From Squalus acanthias (Eukaryota), in assembly GCA_030390025.1 (NCBI GenBank), contig JASTWF010000036.1, positions 1,054,001-1,118,000 of the forward strand: a stretch of DNA of 64,000 nt, in the 5' to 3' direction. Made by a program: the position numbers and the translations under genes. The notes beneath the pieces are model-generated. The model was not told where the DNA came from. It did no database searches and saw only the letters and a list, made by a program, of their open reading frames with translations. Positions 1-11,289 of this stretch are shown one piece after another (positions within the stretch are counted from its first letter, which is position 1; each line of letters begins with the position of its first letter).

Positions 1-443
1 GTAACAGGCTTCCATGGAACGGATGAGCTTTATAAATCATTGCTGTCAGAATATCATTCCGCATGCAAGGTAAAAGTTGACAATTGGCTTGGGTACCGTC
101 TGGCTTATATAAGCCTTGCCGTCTGCTCCCGTGTGCTTGTTCGTTCTGTAATCTGAGCAAATATTATGCTTGTCGTGATGAGAGGAACTAAAATTTGAAG
201 GTGGAAGAAGGTGTAGAGATGGAAGAGCTAGCATTCCATTGTCTACATGCAACAGCTCCATGGATCTGGTGTAGTAGTCATAGAGTCATACATGTTGTTC
301 TGGAGGAGCGATTTATGACTTGGTGATTTTAATAAAACTATTTGTAAAGCATGCGTGCCTTATACACCAGAGATTTTTTGTTAAATGTTGTCCTCTGATT
401 TTCTGCCCTCTCCTGAAACTACCACTTATTTTAGAGACGGACA

Positions 444-610
444 GGACTAATTTTGACTTTGATCGATAGTGTGAAACGGGCGATATCGGATCATCCGCCC
501 GTTGTACCCCGCTCCCCATTTTCATTTCCATTGACCGGGAGGGACGTGTAATGGGCGGCGGAATCAATATCGCCCGTTTTACATGATTGGCCAAAGTCAG
601 AATGAACCCC
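444..610. mobile_element. Short palindromic MITE-like element (probably non-autonomous Harbinger type)
   Basis: Imperfect terminal inverted repeats (ggactaattttgactttg ... caaagtcagaatgaacccc) and internal dyad symmetry; resembles 640-789, 12967-13131 and 56478-56650. Confidence 0.5.
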
Positions 611-639
611 CCCCCCTCCCGACCTCATCGGTGGGGGGG

Positions 640-789
640 GGGGGTAAAATTGGTCTCCGGTGGTGTGCAAAACAGGCGATAACTAATCAGCAGCCCGTTG
701 AAGCTGTAAAATAAAATCGGACAGGGTGTAAAACAGGCTGCTGATTAATGATCACCTGTTCTGCGCTCCCGCCAAAGACCAATTTCACC
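640..789. mobile_element. Short palindromic MITE-like element
   Basis: ggggtaaaattggtct ... agaccaatttcacc inverted ends; similar to 12967-13131. Confidence 0.55.
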
Positions 790-868
790 AGTGCCCGTGG
801 CGATCCAGTGCCCGTGGCGATCCAGTGCCCGTGGCGATCCAGTGCCCGTGGCGATCCAGTGCCCGTGG
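788..868. repeat. 17-bp tandem repeat CCAGTGCCCGTGGCGAT, about 4.8 identical copies
   Basis: Units start at 788, 805, 822, 839 and 856 (last one partial). Confidence 0.95.
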
Positions 869-1034
869 GGAAGGTAACCAGCATGATCGAAAAGAGAAGA
901 CCAGATAAATCAGGAAGTAGTGGTTGGACCCTGCAAGTTTAGGGTCTTGCCATCCATATTCTCTTGGGTACAGTGGTGCTGGTCTGGCCTGAAAGTGTTT
1001 AGGAGTGTGCCCAATAGCTAATTTTATAATAGTA

Positions 1035-1320
1035 GGCAACTGAAAGGATGATCTTATAATAGATTGTTCAGGGTATGGATGAAGTTAACCCAGAATATTA
1101 CTTTAAACTAAACTGCAGGAGTAGAACTAGAGGGCAAAGTTCAAACTAAAACATTAGGACTGATACAAGAAGTGATGAACATGTAGAATAAACTACCAGG
1201 CCAAAACCTTGGAATTATTTAAGAAACCATTGGATGCCCCAAAGAGGAGGTCATTTGGATCTCTCTCTGGATCGATGAATCAAGATGGGCCGAATGGCCT
1301 GCCTTGGCTGTAATGATTTT
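1035..1320 (+). mobile_element. Old degenerate CR1 LINE 3' fragment
   Basis: gatcttata..ttca, agaactagagggca and gatgggccgaatggcct motifs match the CR1 3' ends elsewhere in the window. Confidence 0.6.
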
Positions 1321-2179
1321 AGTGTGATCTAAATTGGATATTTACATCTTTTTTGCACGGGTGGTTCTTCAGTCTCTTTGAAGACAATCCCCAATGCTGG
1401 CCAGAGAAAACACTTGGTGAGATGTGGCCAGATACGAATTATTACACTGTTTTATTTCACTGTATGTGAACACAGAGCGCACCTCGGTTGTGGTCGCATT
1501 TACTGATTTCAATCAGTACAACTTTATGCACTAAACAAATATAATGAAGATGCTACACATGTGGGTTACCCAGCTTAGAATCATCGAATCATAGAATGGT
1601 TACAGCACAGAAGGAGGCCATTCAGCCCGTCGAGCCCGTGCCGGCTCTCTGCAAGACCACTTCAGCTAGTCCCACTCCCCCGACCTTTCCCCGTAGCCCT
1701 GCAATTTTTTTTCCTTCAGGTACTTATCCAATTCCCTTTTGGAGGCCACGATTGAGTCTGCCTCCACCACCCTTTCAGGCAGTGCATTCCAGATCATAAC
1801 CACTCGCTGTGTAAAAAAGTTTTTCCTCATGTCGCCTTTGGTCCTTCTGCCAATCACCTTAAATCTGTGTCCTCTGGTTCTCGACCCTTCCGCCAATGGG
1901 AACAGTTTCTCTCGATCTCGTCTGTCTAGACCCCTCATGATTTTGAACACCTCTATCAAATCTCCTCTCAACCTTCTCTGCTCTAAGGAGAACAACCCCA
2001 GCTTCTCTAGTCTATCCACGTAACTGAAGTCCCTCATCCCTGGAACCATTCTTGTAAATCTTTTCTGCACCCTCTCTAAGGCCTTCACATCCTTCCTAAA
2101 GTGTGGTGCCCAGAATTGGACACAATACTCCAACTGAGGCTGATCCAGTGTTTTTGTACTCTATGCCTCTATTTATGAA

Positions 2180-2534
2180 AGTGAGAAGTCGCACAACACC
2201 AGGTTATAGTCCAACAGTTTTATTTGAAATCACAAGCTTTTGGAGCGGCTGCTCCTTCGTCAGGTGGAGTGAAGAAATACAAATGGGCACAGCATATATA
2301 GATAGAGAACAATGCATGTGTAGCGTACAATGGCAGACGACTACATTTAATCCTCCTGACTGCCTTTTGTCACACCTCGGCAGATAAACAATCAGGTCAG
2401 CCAGGAAGGCACCACATCAAAGACATAGCAAGATACAACTGAGACAATGAGGTGGGGTTACAGGGGGTCTAATGTGTCAAAAGCTGCAGTCTGTATGGAA
2501 AACGATAAACTTTAAAATTTTTACTTTTTTTTTA
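2180..2534 (-). mobile_element. Penelope-like element 3'UTR/pseudo-LTR fragment with 11-bp TSD and a mutated hammerhead motif
   Basis: TSD CTATTTATGAA at 2169-2179 and 2535-2545; reverse strand shares ttttgacac..gaccccctg, ctcattgtct..gtctttgatgt and ctgttggactataacctggtgttgtgcgacttctca with 33210-33434. Confidence 0.85.
2231..2266 (-). ncRNA. Minimal hammerhead ribozyme motif, probably inactive (GAAA to AAAA)
   Basis: CAC-CUGACGA-A-GGAGC-AGCC-GCUCC-AAAA-GC-U-U-GUG. Confidence 0.65.
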
Positions 2535-3429
2535 CTATTTATGAAGCCCAGGATCCCGTATGCTTGTTTAACTGCTTTCTCAACCTGCTCTGCCACCTTC
2601 AACGATTTGTGTGCATATACCCTAGGTCTCTGTTCATTCACCCCCTTTAGAATTGGACCCTTTAGTTTATATTGCCTCTCCTCGTTCTTCCTACCAAAAT
2701 GTATCACTTCGCACTTTTCTGTGTTAAATTTCATCTGCCACGTGTCCGCCCATTCCACCAGCCTGTCTATGTCCTCTTCAAGTCTATCTCTATCCTCCTC
2801 ACTGTTCACTATACTTCCAAGTTTTGTGTCATCTGCAGATTTTGAAATTGTGCCCTGTACACCTACGTCCAAGTCATTAATATATATCAAGAAAGGCAAT
2901 GGTCCTAGAACCGCCTGGGGAACACCACTGTGTACCTTCCTCCAGTCCGAAAAACAACCATTCACCACTACTCTCTGTTTCCTGTCACTTAGCCATATTC
3001 GTATCCATGCTGCCACTGTCCCTTTTGTTCCATGGGCTTCAACTTTGCTGGATATAAAATGCTTGACATAAAATTACTCCAAATTAACCCCCCTGCATTC
3101 TCTTCCTGAGCTTAGCCAAGGCTTCCCCTCGCACCTTCTTGTCTGACTTCAGAGCCTTTGCTGAATTTGACTGTCCTCACAGCATTCTGTTTTTAGAAAG
3201 AAATTGGCTCGCCACCTGTGTCTTTGTCTCTGCTATTTATTTCCCTCTATTTACAGCTTAAAAGGATCAGCGACATCCCAACACAATAGGCGTGGGATAT
3301 TTCAATTGCCAGGACAGCCTAACAAATTGCTTATTATTATAAAGTCTATGGGCAAACAACATCAAAGTTTAACTCGTTAAGCAAATGAACTGCCAATCAC
3401 CTCGGTCCTTTTCTTAACTGGTGTGAATA

Positions 3430-4103
3430 CAACAATGACAACTTGCATTTATATAGCGCCTTTAACATAGTAAAACGTCCCAAGGTGCTTCACAGGAGTA
3501 TTATAAGACAAAATTTGACACCGAGCCACATAAGGAGAAATTCAGACAGATGACCAAAGCTTGGTCAAAGAGGTAGGTTTTAAGGAGCGTCTTAAAGGAG
3601 GAAAGAGAGGTGGAGAGGTTTAGGGAGGGAATTCCAGAGCTTAGGGCCGAGGCAACAGAAGGCACGGCCACCAATGGTTGAGCGATTATAATCAGGGATG
3701 CTCAAGAGAACAGAATTAGAGGAGCGCAGATATCTCGGGGGGGGGGGGGCGGGGGGGTGAAGGGGATTACAGAGATAGGGAGGGGAGAGGCCATGGAGGG
3801 ATTTGAAAACAAGGATGAGAATTTTTAAATTGTTGCTTAACCGGGAGCCAATGTAGGTCAAAGCACAGGGATGATGGGTGAACGGGACCTGGTGCGAGTT
3901 AGGACACGGGCAGCCGAGTTTTGGATGACCTCAAGTTTACGGAGGCCAGCCAGGAGAGCATTGGAATAGTCAAGTCTAGAGGTAACAAAGGCATGGATGA
4001 GGGTTTCAGCAGCAGATGAGTTGAGGCAAGGGCGGAGACGGACGATGTTACGGAGGTGGAAATAGGTGGTCTTAGTGATGGCGCAGATATGTGGTCGGAA
4101 GCT
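3430..4103 (-). mobile_element. L2-clade LINE 3' fragment
   Basis: ORF 3592-3861 KILILVFKSLHGLSPPYL..LRSS..GGRAF..PKLWNSLP; tail aaaggcgctatataaatgcaag. Confidence 0.88.
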
Positions 4104-4700
4104 GTTTTAAAACCCATTTAAAAGTAACTTTTTTTCCCCCTCAAATCCTCTCTGTGGGAAAAATAGTCAAAAAACATAACCAACACAAAGATTGGGTTTT
4201 AAATGCTTGTAGATTGTGGAGAAAGGGAAGACTGAGGGAGCTGAGTACCTGAGGGTGAGTTAGAGTAGGACTTTATTTTTGTTGTGTTAATTGTTTTGTT
4301 TATTCAGAAAAATTCTGTATCCTTTTAAGTCCCTTGACTAATGATGTTATTAATGTGCAATTACCCTAGTTAATGTATGCGGTGACAAAGGTATTATTAT
4401 CTATTAATATGCTGTAATTACTTTATAATTACACTGCTATTCATGGAACTTGTGATGAAATGTTGGTGGGTTTGTTTCAAGAAAAAGCTTAAAAGGTCAC
4501 CCGGAATTGTGAGTCCCTTCTGCTAAAGGTTCTGACCTCCAGGGTTCTGCGCTGGGACACCATTGAGGTGTCAAGTAGGGGCTTGGTCTGAGGAGCAACC
4601 CCAAGATAATATGTGCTCAAAATGGAGGTGAGTTTAGAAAAGATTTTTCAATCATCATCTCCAAGTTCAAAACATGCATCAGTTTAGTTCACCTGGTAGC

Positions 4701-7279
4701 AACATAAGAACATAAGAAATAGGAGCAGGAGTCGGCCAATCGGCCCCTCGAGCCTGCTCCGCCATTCAATAAGATCATGGCTGATCTGATCCTAACCGCC
4801 AATCTACTATCTACTATCACAGAACCATCTCCTGTATCTAACAGAATTGCACACATGAAATAGGAGCAGAATCAGGCTACACGGTCCCTGGGCCCGCTCC
4901 GCTACCCACAGGGCCATGACCGATCCGAACCTAGACTCATGTCCAAATTCCTGCCCGCTCCCCGTAACCCTTAATTCCCTTTACTTCTAGGAAACTGTCT
5001 ATTTCTGTTTTAAATTTATTTAATGATGTAGCTTCTACAGCTTTTTGTGGCAGCATATTCCATGGACCTACCACCCTCTGAGTGAAGTAGTTCCTTCTCA
5101 TCTCAGTTTTGAAAGAGCAGCCCCTTATTCTAAGACTATGTCCCCTAGTTCTAGTCTCGCCCGTCATCGGGAACATCCTCCCCGCATCCACCCGATCCAA
5201 CCCCTTCACAATCTTATATGTTTCAATAAGATCTCCTCTCATTCTTCTGAACTCCAATGAGTAGAGTCCCAATCTACACAACCTCTCCTCATATGACCAC
5301 CCCCTCATCCCCGGGATTAACTGAGTGAACCTTTTTTGCACTGCCTCGAGAGCAAGGATGTCTTTCCTTAAGTAAGGACACCAAAACTGTATGCAGTATT
5401 CCAGGTGTGGTCTCACCAATACCTTGTACAACTGAAGCAATACCTCCCTATTTTTATATTCTATCCCCCTAGCAATGAAAGCCAACATTCCATTTGCCTT
5501 CTTAATCACTTGCTGCACCTGCATACTAACCTTTTGAGTTTCGTGCACCAGGACCCCCAGATCCCTTTGCACTTCAGTACTCTCCAGTTTCTTGCCATTA
5601 AGATAATAAATTGCTCTAGGATTTTTCCTGCCAAAGTGCATCACCTCACACTTTCCAGTGTTGTATTCCATCTGCCAAATCTCTGCCCACTTACTTAGCC
5701 TGTCTATGTCCCCTTGCAGGTTTTTTATGTCCTCCTCACTCACTACTTTCCCTCCCATCTTAGTATCATCTGCAAATTTTGATATGTTACACTTGGTCCC
5801 TTCCTCCAAATCGTTAATATAGATTGTAAAGAGTTGGGGACCCAGCACTGACCCCTGTGGAACACCACTAGTTATTGATTGCCAGTCTGAGAATGAACCA
5901 TTTATCCCAACTCTTTGCTTTCTGTTAGATAGCCAATCCTCTATCCATGCCAGAATATTACCCCCAATCCCGTGATTTTTTACCTTAAGCAATAATCTTT
6001 TGTGTGGCACCTTGTCAAATGCCTTTTGGAAGTCTAAATACACTACGTCCACTGGTTCCCCTTTATCCACTCTATATGTTACTTCCTCAAAGAACTCCAG
6101 CAAATTTGTCAAACATGACTTCCCCTTCGTAAAACCATGCTGACTTTGTCCTATTAAATTATGATTATCCAAATGTCCTGTTACTGTTTCCTTAATAATG
6201 GACTCCAAAATTTTACCTACCACAGATGTTAGGCTAACCGGTCTATAGTTACCAGCCTTCTGTCTACTGCCCTTTTTAAATAAGGGTGTTACATTAGCAG
6301 TTTTCCAGTCTGCCGGGACCTTAGCGGAATCCAGGGAGCTTTGAAAAATTATTACCAATGCATCTACAATCCCTACCGCCACTTCCTTCAAGACTCTAGG
6401 ATGTAAGCCATCAGGTCCAGGTGATTTATCCGCCTTGAGTCCCATTATTTTACCGAGTACCACTTCCTTAGTGATTTTGATCGTGTTTAGCTCCTCTCCC
6501 CCTATAGCCCCCTGTTTGTCCAGTGTTGGGATATTCTTAGTGTCCTCTACTGTAAAGACTGATACAAAATATTCATTCAGTGTTTTTGCCATCTCCATAT
6601 TTCCCACCATTAATTTCCCGGTCTCATCCTCTAAGGGACCAACATTTACTTTAGCCACCCTTTTTCTTTTTATATAACTATAAAAACTCTTACTATCTGT
6701 TTTTATATTTTTTGCTAATTTACTTTCATAATCTATCTTCCCTTTCTTAATCAATCTTTTTGTTATTTTTTGCTGCCTTTTAAAGTTTTCCCAATCCTCT
6801 GTCCTCCCACTAGATTTCGCTACCTTATATGCCCTTGTTTTTAGTCGAATACTATCCTTAATTTCTTTACTTAGCCACGGATGACTGTCCTTTCTTTTAC
6901 ACCCTTTTCTTTTCAGTGGAATATATATTTTTTGGAAGTTGTAAAATAACTCCTTGAATGTACACCACTGATCATGTGTCGTCTTACCCTTTAATCTATT
7001 TTCCCAATCCACTCTACTCAATTCCGCTCGCATACCTTCATAGTCTCCTTTATTCAAGCTTAGCACGCTTGTTTGAGATCCAACCTTCTCACCCTCTAAT
7101 TGAATATGGAATTCAACCATGTTATGGTCACTCATTCCAAGGGGATCCTTTACTAGGACATTTTTAATTAATCCTGTCTCGTTACACAGGACCAGATCTA
7201 AGGTTGCTTGCCCCCTGGTCGGTTCAGTTACATACTGCTCAAGAAACCCATCCCTAATACACTCAATGAACTCATCCTC
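4701..7279 (-). mobile_element. Young 5'-truncated CR1 LINE (2.6 kb) with uninterrupted ORF2 and duplicated 3'UTR, inserted into a SINE head
   Basis: Open ORF2; (CTTATGTT)n tail at 4701-4720; near-identical to 30842-32993. Confidence 0.96.
4937..7279 (-). CDS. CR1 ORF2: C-terminal end of the APE endonuclease plus reverse transcriptase (5'-truncated; the first ~16 aa of the track ORF derive from the adjacent SINE)
   Basis: PTRGQATLDLVL..GMSDHNMV (APE); KSPGPDG, NYRPVSLTS, LDFQKAFDKVPH, GVPQGSVLGP, FADDTK (RT). Confidence 0.93.
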   Translation of the reverse strand, partial: EDEFIECIRDGFLEQYVTEPTRGQATLDLVLCNETGLIKNVLVKDPLGMSDHNMVEFHIQLEGEKVGSQTSVLSLNKGDYEGMRAELSRVDWENRLKGKTTHDQWCTFKELFYNFQKIYIPLKRKGCKRKDSHPWLSKEIKDSIRLKTRAYKVAKSSGRTEDWENFKRQQKITKRLIKKGKIDYESKLAKNIKTDSKSFYSYIKRKRVAKVNVGPLEDETGKLMVGNMEMAKTLNEYFVSVFTVEDTKNIPTLDKQGAIGGEELNTIKITKEVVLGKIMGLKADKSPGPDGLHPRVLKEVAVGIVDALVIIFQSSLDSAKVPADWKTANVTPLFKKGSRQKAGNYRPVSLTSVVGKILESIIKETVTGHLDNHNLIGQSQHGFTKGKSCLTNLLEFFEEVTYRVDKGEPVDVVYLDFQKAFDKVPHKRLLLKVKNHGIGGNILAWIEDWLSNRKQRVGINGSFSDWQSITSGVPQGSVLGPQLFTIYINDLEEGTKCNISKFADDTKMGGKVVSEEDIKNLQGDIDRLSKWAEIWQMEYNTGKCEVMHFGRKNPRAIYYLNGKKLESTEVQRDLGVLVHETQKVSMQVQQVIKKANGMLAFIARGIEYKNREVLLQLYKVLVRPHLEYCIQFWCPYLRKDILALEAVQKRFTQLIPGMRGWSYEERLCRLGLYSLEFRRMRGDLIETYKIVKGLDRVDAGRMFPMTGETRTRGHSLRIRGCSFKTEMRRNYFTQRVVGPWNMLPQKAVEATSLNKFKTEIDSFLEVKGIKGYGERAGIWT

Positions 7280-7710
7280 TGAGTCAGAAGGTTGTGGGTT
7301 CAAGTCCCACTCCAGGGATTTGAGCACAAAATCTAGGCCGACACTCCCACTGCAGTACTGAGGGAGCGCTGCACTGTCAGAGGTGCCGTCTTTCGGATGA
7401 AACGTGAAACCGAGGCCCCGTCTGCTCTCTCAGGTGGATGTAAAAGATCCCGTGGCACTATTTTGAAGAAGAGCAGGGGAGTTATCCCCGGTGTCTTGGC
7501 CAATATTTATCCCTCAATCAACATAACTAAAAACAGATTATCTGGTCATTATTGCGTTGCTGGTTGTGGGATCTTGCTGTGCGCAAATTGGCTGCCGCGT
7601 TTCCTGCATTACAACAGTGACTCCACTTCAAAAAGTACTTCATTGGCTGTAAAGCGCTTTGAGTCGTCCGGTGGTCGTGAAAGGTGCTATAGAAATGCAA
7701 GTCTTTTTTT
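7276..7710 (+). mobile_element. Deu-domain tRNA SINE (SacSINE1/AmnSINE1-like); A-box head probably displaced to ~4686-4701
   Basis: B-box ggttcaagtccc; Deu-like body gaggtgccgtctttcggatga..aaaagatccc..; L2-type tail gaaaggtgctatagaaatgcaag; many copies in the window. Confidence 0.88.
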
Positions 7711-8562
7711 CTTTCTTTACCAACAGCACCAAAAAACGGATAAACTGGTTATTCATCTGCTTGCGATTGACGGGTTGTTGCTGGCACGGTATGAATGCTG
7801 CGCTTGCCTACACGAGATATTTTGATATGACAAGGTGCTATGTTAGTGCTAAAGTGTTAAAGTTTGCAAAATGATTAATTGTTTTATCACTAACTCATGT
7901 TAATAATAAAAATGTACTGTACTGTTTTTCGCTATTACTGACTAACATAAAATAAAACACAGGCCTAGAAATTCGATGCTTTAACGCCGGCCATTAAGGC
8001 CGGTTTTGTAGGAAAAATGGCGGCCGCCTCACTTCTGCCCACTTTCGGCGGGTTCCGCGGCGGCCGCCATATTGGTCGGCAGCGCTGCCGTTGCCGGCGC
8101 TCGCCGCAAGTATTTTAATTACCAGGAGCGTGACGTCAGTCGGCGTGCAACGCCGAATTGACGCACGCTCATCGATTTTGGACCTCGCCGCTCCTCTTAC
8201 CGCTCTCTCCAAAGCACACCCGTGCGGCAACTGTTGACAGCGTGTCGAGCCGGGAGAATGCGGCAGTGAGCTATAAACCGTTCAGGAAACAGTTGCTGAG
8301 ATAACTGGGAACTATGGGGTGCTCAGACTATGTAATTGGAGTGAAAACTGCTTCCAATGAGATGCATCAACTCTCCCCCCTGGTCAGTCCAACATTACAG
8401 GAGGTAAATACATTTAAAATAAACTATACTGTACTACAGTTGTAAGAATCTCAGGAAAAAAAATCAAAGCTGCATTTCCTTAAATTTTATACATTGGGTT
8501 TTCTAGTTTAGGAACTGATAACATAATATGCAAAGTTTTGAAATTGGTTTTTAAAAGGCCAA

Positions 8563-9150
8563 GGGGGACAAATTGGCTCGCGGGGCGCTAACTTCGCTAC
8601 TTTTAGCGCCCTGAAAAAGTCAGCGCTCCCGCGCCAGAAATTGAATGGTAGCGCCCCAAGCAGGAGGCGGGCCGCTACTGGAAGCGCTCCCCCTCCCTCT
8701 TGGGGCGCTCCCATTCAATATCGCGGCGTTACGTGCAGCAGCGCCACCTGCGTCGGCTCATAGCGCCGCGGTACTGCAGGCCTCCCTCCCCTGATTAAAG
8801 GGGAGGGGCCTAGCGCAGCGCACACCGGGGCCCTGCTGGCCCACCGGGGAGCGGGGTGCCGGCAAAAGAGCCCGGCACTCAAGGAGCGCCGGGCTGACCG
8901 ATCGCGGCCGGCACCCCATGGGAGGAGGCCAGAGGGGGCAGGTGCTGGCAGGCGGCCCAAAACAAAATGGTCGCCCGGCACCTGCCCTTTAATTATCACC
9001 GCCCTGGCCGCAAAAACGCCCCCCCTGACCCTGTCGGACAGGGCGTCCAGCGGTAGGTCAGGGGACGCGAGCCAAATTTGCGACAGGGGCGCGAGCGGGG
9101 CGCTGCGCACAGCGATGACGAGAGGTGCAAAGCAACCCAATTTTTCCCCC
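8563..9150. mobile_element. GC-rich Harbinger-type MITE with 3-bp TSD CAA
   Basis: TIRs gggggacaaattgg / ccaatttttccccc; CAA at 8560-8562 and 9151-9153; strongly similar to 45203-45896. Confidence 0.85.
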
Positions 9151-9454
9151 CAATAATTAAGGAAGATTTAGTACCATATTCTCACCAAGAGTTCTTCAAA
9201 AGTCTGTTGTTGTTAAAAATGTAATTGAACTCTCTTCTGCCAGTAAACTCGTGACCAAGAGGTTCATGTTTCCCCTATTAAAAAATTTACTTCAATTGAT
9301 TTCTCATGCAACGGTTTAAGGGCCTCTGTGGCACAGTCTTGATGTGGTGTTTCCAGTCAGAGTCCCTCCAGAGTTGAGCCTGTGCTTCAAGAGCCACTCA
9401 CCAGGCAGTGAATCCCCGATGCGATCTGCAGGCTCGTGCACTGTCACTGCTAGC

Positions 9455-10302
9455 TTTTTTTAAATTCGTTTTTTATGAGATGTGGGCGTCGCTGGCAAGG
9501 CCCAGCATTTATTGCCCATCCCTAGTCGCCCCTTGAGAAGGTGGTGGTGAGCCGCCTTCTTGAACCGCTGCAGTCCGTGTGGTGAAGGTGCTCCCCACAC
9601 AGTGCTGTTAGGGAGGGAGTTCCAGGATTTTGACCCAGCGACGATGAAGGATCGGTGATATATTTCCAAGTCAGGATGGTGTGTGACTTGGAGGGGAACT
9701 TGGAGGTGGTGGTGTTCCCATGCGCCTGCTGCCCTTGTCCTTCTAGGTGGAAGAGGTCGCGGGTTTGGGAGGTGCTGCCGAAGAAGCCTTGGCGAGTTGC
9801 TGCAGTGCATCTTGTAGATGGTACACACTGCAGCAACGGTACGCCGGTGGTGGAGGGAGTGAATGCTTAAGGTGGTGGATGGGGTGCCAATCAAGTGGGC
9901 TGCTTTGTCCTGGATGGTGTCGAGCTTCTTGAGTGTTGTTGGAGCTGCACTCATCCAGGCAAGTGGAGAGTATTCCATCACACTCCTGACTTGTGCCTTG
10001 TAGATGGTGGAAAGACTTTGGGGAGTCAGGAGGTGAGACACTCGCCGCAGAATACCCAGCCTCTGACCTGCTCTTGTTGCCACAGTATTTATGTGGCTGG
10101 TCCAGTTAAGTTTCTGGTCAATGGTGACCCCCAGGATGTTGATGGTGGGGGATTCGGTGATGGTAATGCCATTGAATGTCAAGGGGCAGTGGTTAGACTC
10201 TCGCTTGTTGGAGATAGTCATTGCCTGGCACTTGTGTGGCGGGAATGTTACCTGCCACTTCATCAGCCCAAGCCTGAACGTCGTCCAGGTCTTGTTGCAT
10301 GC
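9455..10302 (-). mobile_element. Crack/L2-group LINE 3' fragment
   Basis: KWQVTF..KC, ILGVTIDQKLNW, YKAQVRSVMEYS, RSF...WNSLP; tail gggcaataaatgctgg; same family as 38394-39305. Confidence 0.88.
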
Positions 10303-10359
10303 AAGATGGTGCATCCGCCTCCCCCTCCCCCTCCAGCACCATGGTGGAGCACAATCCTC

Positions 10360-10599
10360 CACACAGCAAACCATCTGGGTGAAAGATCTTGTGGGGCTAT
10401 GGCAGCCAGTGAAGGTGGGAGTGCCAGGCAGTCTGGTACCCATTTCTGGACCCCATACAAGACCCAGACAAATGTCCGAGAAAGCAAGAGGGGAGCCGTG
10501 GACAGACAGATGCCTCCTAATGTGCCACAGCGTACAATGCTCCAACCCTACAAGGGTCATCGGTGGACTCGATACCTCCTGACCCAGCAAAACCCAGGA
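10360..10599 (-). pseudogene. Highly degenerate Harbinger (HARBI1-like DDE) transposase C-terminal remnant
   Basis: SWVLLG..PMTLV..RRHLSVHGS..GL..HSPTRSFTQMVCCV is collinear with recalled HARBI1-family motifs WLLGD..LMTP..RYN.AH..YSP....ACCVLHN; it lies inside a TIR element. Confidence 0.55.
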
Positions 10600-11289
10600 G
10601 CCGTCACCAAATGATCCCAAACAGCACATTGCCAGAGAACGCCGCACCGATCCTTTGGACGCGGCCTGTGGCCTCCCGCTGGAAAGCGCGTTGCACAAGG
10701 GATTCTGCGCTCCGCTCATTTAAATCAGCAGACAGCACCAAAATACCGCCACTGCCTGGGCTCTTTTTGTGGGTGGCCGTTAACCTTGGCACTGCCTGTT
10801 TCTGGGCCTAATCGAATTTCTAGGCCACGTTTTCTAACACATTGTAACATCGTAAATGGCAAATGTGTGTTTTCACATTTGCCCCCCATTCCCCCAGGTT
10901 TACTGTCGGGTTGTTCCAGTCATTGTTTTTTAGTGGTGTGCAGCATACTGTGTAGCCATAGGGCATCTCTGGTTTTAATCCTCCTCTTCCTCCCCGACTC
11001 ACTTCCTCAGATCTGGTTACTCAGTTACAATACACTGAAACCAAATAACAGCTGAAAAGGACTCTGGTTTGGAGTTTTGTTGAAAAGGCTTGAGGACCAA
11101 TCGTCACAAATAACACAAGTCGACAATCCAAATCCCAATGGAGGCTGGCATTACGAAGAATAGATTTGCAATTGCGGGTCTGTGTTTGGTTGCGTTCACC
11201 ACACATTGGCTGTGCCACCATAGGGATAGGGAGGTGCCACGTGGCAACCAGTCAATGACCTACAGGCCTTATCTCTCCAAAGCATCCTG

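Larger units (their letters stand above)
1577..3050 (-). mobile_element. 5'-truncated CR1 LINE split by a Penelope pLTR insertion at 2180-2534
   Basis: ORFs 2477-3016 (SGVPQ, SADDTKL, WQMKFN) and 1666-2133 (EYCVQFW, RTRGH, WNALP) are consecutive ORF2 parts. Confidence 0.92.
7962..10826. mobile_element. Decayed PIF/Harbinger DNA transposon with 16-bp perfect TIRs and nested insertions
   Basis: GGCCTAGAAATTCGAT at 7962-7977 and its reverse complement at 10811-10826; flanks ACA/ACG; internal HARBI1-like remnant. Confidence 0.7.

Noticed and set aside
46..261. 71-aa ORF with GKAYISQT, reminiscent of a GIY-YIG motif
   Set aside because: A single short motif with no supporting upstream VY or downstream R..EH residues
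788..868. Possible CRISPR-like array
   Set aside because: Units are directly adjacent with no spacers, the context is eukaryotic, and there are no cas genes
4937..7327. 796-aa ORF as a complete autonomous CR1 ORF2
   Set aside because: The N-terminus comes from the antisense SINE, and most of the APE domain and all of ORF1 are missing
9460..10719. 419-aa ORF as a single gene
   Set aside because: Chance in-frame fusion of a Harbinger relic and a 5'-truncated LINE, with the junction near 10302
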